DNA of 10,354 nucleotides from a virus (Duplodnaviria; Heunggongvirae; Uroviricota; Caudoviricetes): IMG/VR virus record IMGVR_UViG_2563366849_000004, positions 1 to 10,354 of that record; one strand, 5' to 3'. Shown piece by piece: positions 7,492 to 10,354 of this stretch (position 1 is its first letter; each line of letters starts with the position of its first letter). The notes under the pieces were generated by a model. It saw only the letters and a program-made list of their open reading frames with translations, ran no database searches and was not told where the DNA came from. The position numbers and the translations under genes were made by a program.

Positions 7492-8033
7492 AACAAATGT
7501 CACTAATTGAGATGGATGGTTTTCTGAAAGGTAAATGCATCCCACGAGATTTAAAGGTTAACGAAACAAACGCTGAATATCTGGTGCGTAAATTTGCTGA
7601 AGCGGAGGCCACGATTTCGGAGCTGGCCGAAGACCGACAGAAAGCGATTGAGTCAATTAAGCAGGCTGATTCGGCTGTTAAGTTGGCACACGAGAAGTTT
7701 TCGGCACTGGCGGCGGAGAATGCGGGGCTGAAGTCTGGCGCTATGGACGAAATCAAGGTTATCAACCGTGGAGGGCAGGCATATTGCGTAAAAGATGGAG
7801 TGCAAGTTAATCCCATGTATGCAAGAGGGTGGAATGACTATCGCGCAAAGTTTCTGCAATCAGACACCCCAGCCACCGATGCTTTCCTGGCTGAAATTGA
7901 ACGCAAAGCAATCCGCAAGTTCATTAACAGCATTGAACACATCCTGCGTGACAAGTTGTCACCGTATGACACCGAAGAGATGCTTGAGGCTATGTGTATT
8001 TTTCTGGAAGAACAGGGAGGTGAGCAAAAATGA
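7488..8033 (+). CDS. Hypothetical protein (181 aa), predicted alpha-helical N-terminal half
   Basis: ATGA overlap with the preceding ORF and with the next one. No recognisable motif. Confidence 0.65.
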   Translation: MKQMSLIEMDGFLKGKCIPRDLKVNETNAEYLVRKFAEAEATISELAEDRQKAIESIKQADSAVKLAHEKFSALAAENAGLKSGAMDEIKVINRGGQAYCVKDGVQVNPMYARGWNDYRAKFLQSDTPATDAFLAEIERKAIRKFINSIEHILRDKLSPYDTEEMLEAMCIFLEEQGGEQK

Positions 8034-8347
8034 CAATCACAAAACAACGGGTAGAAGAAATCATATCCCGCATTGAAATGTATGGACATGGTGCAGGATA
8101 TACCGCTGACGAGGTTTATGACCTAGCTGTACTGGCGCTGAATTTATCAAATATCGCAAACCTGAAGCGATACGAGCTTGATATGGATGGTTGTGACTCG
8201 TGCGGTCAGGATTGTGGCGCTGACATGACTGAAGATTCTGATGGCAATTATGTCCTGTTTGATGACGTGGTTAAGTTGTTTGAGTTTGATACAACCACTC
8301 AGAAGTTAGAAGGCCCAGCAAAGGAGGCAACCAGTGAGCAAGATTGA
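8030..8347 (+). CDS. Hypothetical acidic protein with a Cys/Asp-rich segment (105 aa)
   Basis: SD GGGAGGTGAG lies 5 nt upstream of the ATG. Contains DMDGCDSCGQDCGAD. Confidence 0.6.
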   Translation: MTITKQRVEEIISRIEMYGHGAGYTADEVYDLAVLALNLSNIANLKRYELDMDGCDSCGQDCGADMTEDSDGNYVLFDDVVKLFEFDTTTQKLEGPAKEATSEQD

Positions 8348-8885
8348 CTATCAGGCACTGCGTGAAAAGGCAGAGAAAGCAACGTGTGGTGTGTGGTCGC
8401 TAGAATATGGAGATGGCAGATTTGATGGTGATGATGCACTAATTCATCGCGAGGCTGCTGGATATATTCCCATTTGCAGAATTGAAGGAGCGCATCCTGA
8501 AAGCGGTTTCGATGAAGATTTCCAAATGGAGCAGCAGGCCAATGCTGAATTCATCGCCGCAGCCAACCCGGCTACTGTGCTGGTATTACTGGATGAACGG
8601 GAAAGGAACCAGCAATACATCAAACGCCGCGACCAAGAGAACGAGGATATTGCGTTAACGGTAGGGAAGTTGCGCGTTGAGCTTGAGGCAGAAAAACAGC
8701 GGGCAAAGGATCTGTTTATGGAAAATGCTCGGCTTAAGTCAGGTATAGCCGGTCTGATACACCTCGGTATTCGATATGCAGATGTTGAGGTCATGAGAAT
8801 TGCTGGAGATGCCCAACTTTCTACCCCATGCACTGACAGCATCATAAACAGCATTGCAACAGGCATTCGCATCAAAGGAGAGTGA
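8334..8885 (+). CDS. Ead/Ea22-like early protein (183 aa), GTG start
   Basis: N-terminus MSKIDYQALREKAEKATCGVW is characteristic of the Ead/Ea22-like family common in enterobacterial prophage early regions. SD AAGGAGG lies 6 nt upstream of the GTG. Confidence 0.7.
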   Translation: MSKIDYQALREKAEKATCGVWSLEYGDGRFDGDDALIHREAAGYIPICRIEGAHPESGFDEDFQMEQQANAEFIAAANPATVLVLLDERERNQQYIKRRDQENEDIALTVGKLRVELEAEKQRAKDLFMENARLKSGIAGLIHLGIRYADVEVMRIAGDAQLSTPCTDSIINSIATGIRIKGE

Positions 8886-8886
8886 T

Positions 8887-9420
8887 ATGAGCGCTATAAC
8901 CAAAGAACGTATCAAATTATTCATTAAAAATCCGCTTGATAACGGACTTACTCGTGGCGAACAAATGGAACTGGCACGAATTGCACTGGCATCGCTGGAA
9001 GCAGAGCCTGTAAGCCAAACTTACAACTTGCCAGAATTAATCGAAGGCATGGAAGTTTCCATTGATGTAAGCACTTGTGATGCTGATTTAGGTAATCGCT
9101 ATTTCGGCACCGTCACCGAGGCGTTAGAACTTGATACTGCCAAGAATGGTTACATCCTCCTGGTTCAGGACGCAGAGCCAAACTTCAATATAAATGGCAA
9201 CTCTCCGGTAACTCCGGATGGTTGGATAAGCTGTAGTGATCGAATGCCGGAAGACACCAAAATGTTACTGGCATTTAGTCAAGGTGAAATCGTGGCAGCA
9301 TATTGGAACTGGGTTGTAAATCCAATTGATTACAAAAAATATAGAGCTTTCACGTATTTATCAGGAAGTATCTTGGATGACGTAACTCACTGGATGCCGC
9401 TACCAGAGCCTCCACTTTGA
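8887..9420 (+). CDS. DUF551-like phage protein (177 aa)
   Basis: C-terminal DGWISCSDRMPEDTK...THWMPLPEPP resembles the DUF551 signature. The ATG at 8887 overlaps the preceding stop (TGATATG); the track start at 8854 is unlikely. Confidence 0.7.
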   Translation: MSAITKERIKLFIKNPLDNGLTRGEQMELARIALASLEAEPVSQTYNLPELIEGMEVSIDVSTCDADLGNRYFGTVTEALELDTAKNGYILLVQDAEPNFNINGNSPVTPDGWISCSDRMPEDTKMLLAFSQGEIVAAYWNWVVNPIDYKKYRAFTYLSGSILDDVTHWMPLPEPPL

Positions 9421-9516
9421 AAGCGAAGCTTATACATGTCTTTTACATCAGCAATCTATTGTTAATCTCCAATCAATGTTACGTTGTCATCTCACTCATG
9501 CTTTGGAGGTAGTGAT

Positions 9517-9696
9517 ATGTCTTGTCCAAAATGCGGTTCTGGAAATATTGCAAAAGAAAAAACAATGCGTGGATGGTCTGGTGATTATGTGTGCTGCGAT
9601 TGCGGATACAACGACTCTAAAGACGCATTTGGAGAGCGTGGTAAAAACGAGTTTGTCAAAATTAATAAAGAACGCGAAGGCAACGAAAAAAGCTAA
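9517..9696 (+). CDS. Small zinc-ribbon protein (59 aa)
   Basis: MSCPKCGSG...YVCCDCGY gives two CxxC-type pairs. SD GGAGGT lies 6 nt upstream of the ATG. Preferred over the overlapping alternative frame 9476..9715. Confidence 0.6.
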   Translation: MSCPKCGSGNIAKEKTMRGWSGDYVCCDCGYNDSKDAFGERGKNEFVKINKEREGNEKS

Positions 9697-9759
9697 TTTA
9701 TTTATTCATATATGAAAACAATGTAACCAATATTCGAATTGAAGAACTGAAAGAACACC

Positions 9760-9783
9760 AAACCGCCTGATGGCGGTTTTTTT
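9760..9783 (+). terminator. Strong intrinsic terminator ending the early operon
   Basis: aaaccgcc tgat ggcggttt followed by ttttt; a classic GC-stem plus U-run. Confidence 0.8.
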
Positions 9784-9794
9784 GGGGGTAGTAG

Positions 9795-10010
9795 ATGGCT
9801 GCAATTCACATTGTCTCAATAATATGCAATGCAATTCAGATAGTTGCTTGCATTATCTTTGTTTTCTCAATCCTTCGCTCCCGACGATATTCTCCAGCAA
9901 TTAACCGACATCCTGCACAGGTTGAAGCCGTCAGGATGGCTATAGAGTTACGAAATGAGATGAATAAGGCATTAATGGAGATGGAGAAACCATTCACTGA
10001 CAAACATTAA
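9795..10010 (+). CDS. Small membrane protein with N-terminal TM helix and charged helical tail (71 aa)
   Basis: MAAIHIVSIICNAIQIVACIIFVFSIL then RSRR... A G-rich SD-like tract lies upstream of the ATG. Bracketed by terminators on both sides. Confidence 0.5.
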   Translation: MAAIHIVSIICNAIQIVACIIFVFSILRSRRYSPAINRHPAQVEAVRMAIELRNEMNKALMEMEKPFTDKH

Positions 10011-10034
10011 GAGTGGAAATAAAGAAATCACCCC

Positions 10035-10060
10035 GCCTCACACTCGATGAGGCATTTTCA
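10035..10060 (+). terminator. Putative terminator after the small membrane protein gene
   Basis: Stem gcctca/tgaggc with a 7-nt loop, followed by attttcattt. A second weak hairpin plus T-run lies at 10089-10109. Confidence 0.4.
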
Positions 10061-10153
10061 TTTATCAAGATATACAGACCTACCATCGCCGCATCAATGC
10101 GGTTTTTTATTGCCTGATTTGCAGGTTCGATTCCATATTCGGAGATAGCACTC

Positions 10154-10354
10154 ATGCAACACGAACTACAACCTGATTCACTGGTTGATTTGAAATTCAT
10201 CATGGCTGATACTGGCTTTGGTAAGACCTTCATCTATGACCGGATTAAGTCCGGCGACCTGCCTAAAGCCAAAGTTATCCACGGTCGAGCAAGATGGTTA
10301 TATCGTGACCATTGTGAATTCAAAAATAAGCTCTTAAGCCGCGCCAATGGGTAA
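10154..10354 (+). CDS. torI: TorI-like excisionase / recombination directionality factor (66 aa)
   Basis: 66-aa basic protein, MQHELQPDSLVDLKFIMADTGFGKTFIYDRIKSGDLPKAKVIHGRARWLY..., an excisionase-type winged-helix. From memory it matches K-12 TorI of KplE1. SD GGAGAT lies 8 nt upstream of the ATG. Confidence 0.85.
   Translation: MQHELQPDSLVDLKFIMADTGFGKTFIYDRIKSGDLPKAKVIHGRARWLYRDHCEFKNKLLSRANG

Larger units (their letters stand above)
1..10354. mobile_element. KplE1/CPS-53-type integrative element (defective P22/Sf6-like prophage), apparently complete from integrase to excisionase
   Basis: IntS-like integrase at the left edge and TorI-like excisionase at the right edge, with phage cargo between (tailspike, O-antigen acetyltransferase, Erf, SSB-like, Ead/Ea22-like). 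The window begins on the int ATG and ends on the xis stop. No capsid, terminase, lysis or repressor ORFs seen. Att sites would lie outside the window. Confidence 0.75.

Noticed and set aside
7418-8089. ORFs 7418..7816(-), 7653..7859(-), 7795..8076(+) and 7838..8089(-)
   Set aside because: Antisense or alternative-frame to the translationally coupled + operon genes; no independent start signals.
8444-8924. Minus-strand ORFs 8444..8875 and 8739..8924
   Set aside because: Antisense to the Ead/Ea22-like and DUF551-like genes, which have recognisable family motifs.
9476-9715. 79-aa alternative frame overlapping the zinc-ribbon ORF
   Set aside because: No SD, and the other frame has GGAGGT plus CxxC pairs; a hydrophobic nonsense-like N-terminus.
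9994-10233. 79-aa minus-strand ORF spanning the orf71-torI intergenic region
   Set aside because: It runs antisense through two terminator hairpins and the torI start; unlikely to be coding.
1-10354. CRISPR arrays, tRNA or rRNA genes, and att direct repeats
   Set aside because: No spaced direct-repeat arrays and no tRNA-like cloverleaf candidates were seen. The att sites and the target tRNA are expected outside the window, which ends exactly at the int and xis gene boundaries.

Overview
The window appears to be a complete small integrative element of the KplE1/CPS-53 type, a defective P22/Sf6-like prophage, cut exactly from the integrase start codon to the excisionase stop codon. All protein similarities are from reading the translations and from memory; no database search was run. 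Left to right: an IntS-like tyrosine integrase (+), then a convergent minus-strand cargo block of three genes: a UmuD'-like (P1 HumD-type) protein behind a LexA box, an AT-rich acyltransferase-3 family O-antigen acetyltransferase, and a 705-aa tailspike with a P22-type head-binding N-terminus. A roughly 950-bp junction region follows, holding a possible gene remnant, a 9-bp inverted repeat, an orphan + strand terminator and an SD-preceded 23-codon hydrophobic ORF. After that comes a + strand early-type operon with tightly overlapping genes (two alternative small ORFs, Erf, a compact SSB-like protein, four unknown genes, an Ead/Ea22-like protein, a DUF551-like protein, a zinc-ribbon protein), a strong terminator, a small membrane protein and a TorI-like excisionase. 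No capsid, terminase, lysis, replication or repressor genes, and no tRNA, rRNA or CRISPR, were seen. The most interesting points are the intact tailspike plus acetyltransferase on an element with no virion genes, the LexA-controlled pre-processed UmuD' homologue, the unexplained junction region, and the unannotated early gene cassette.
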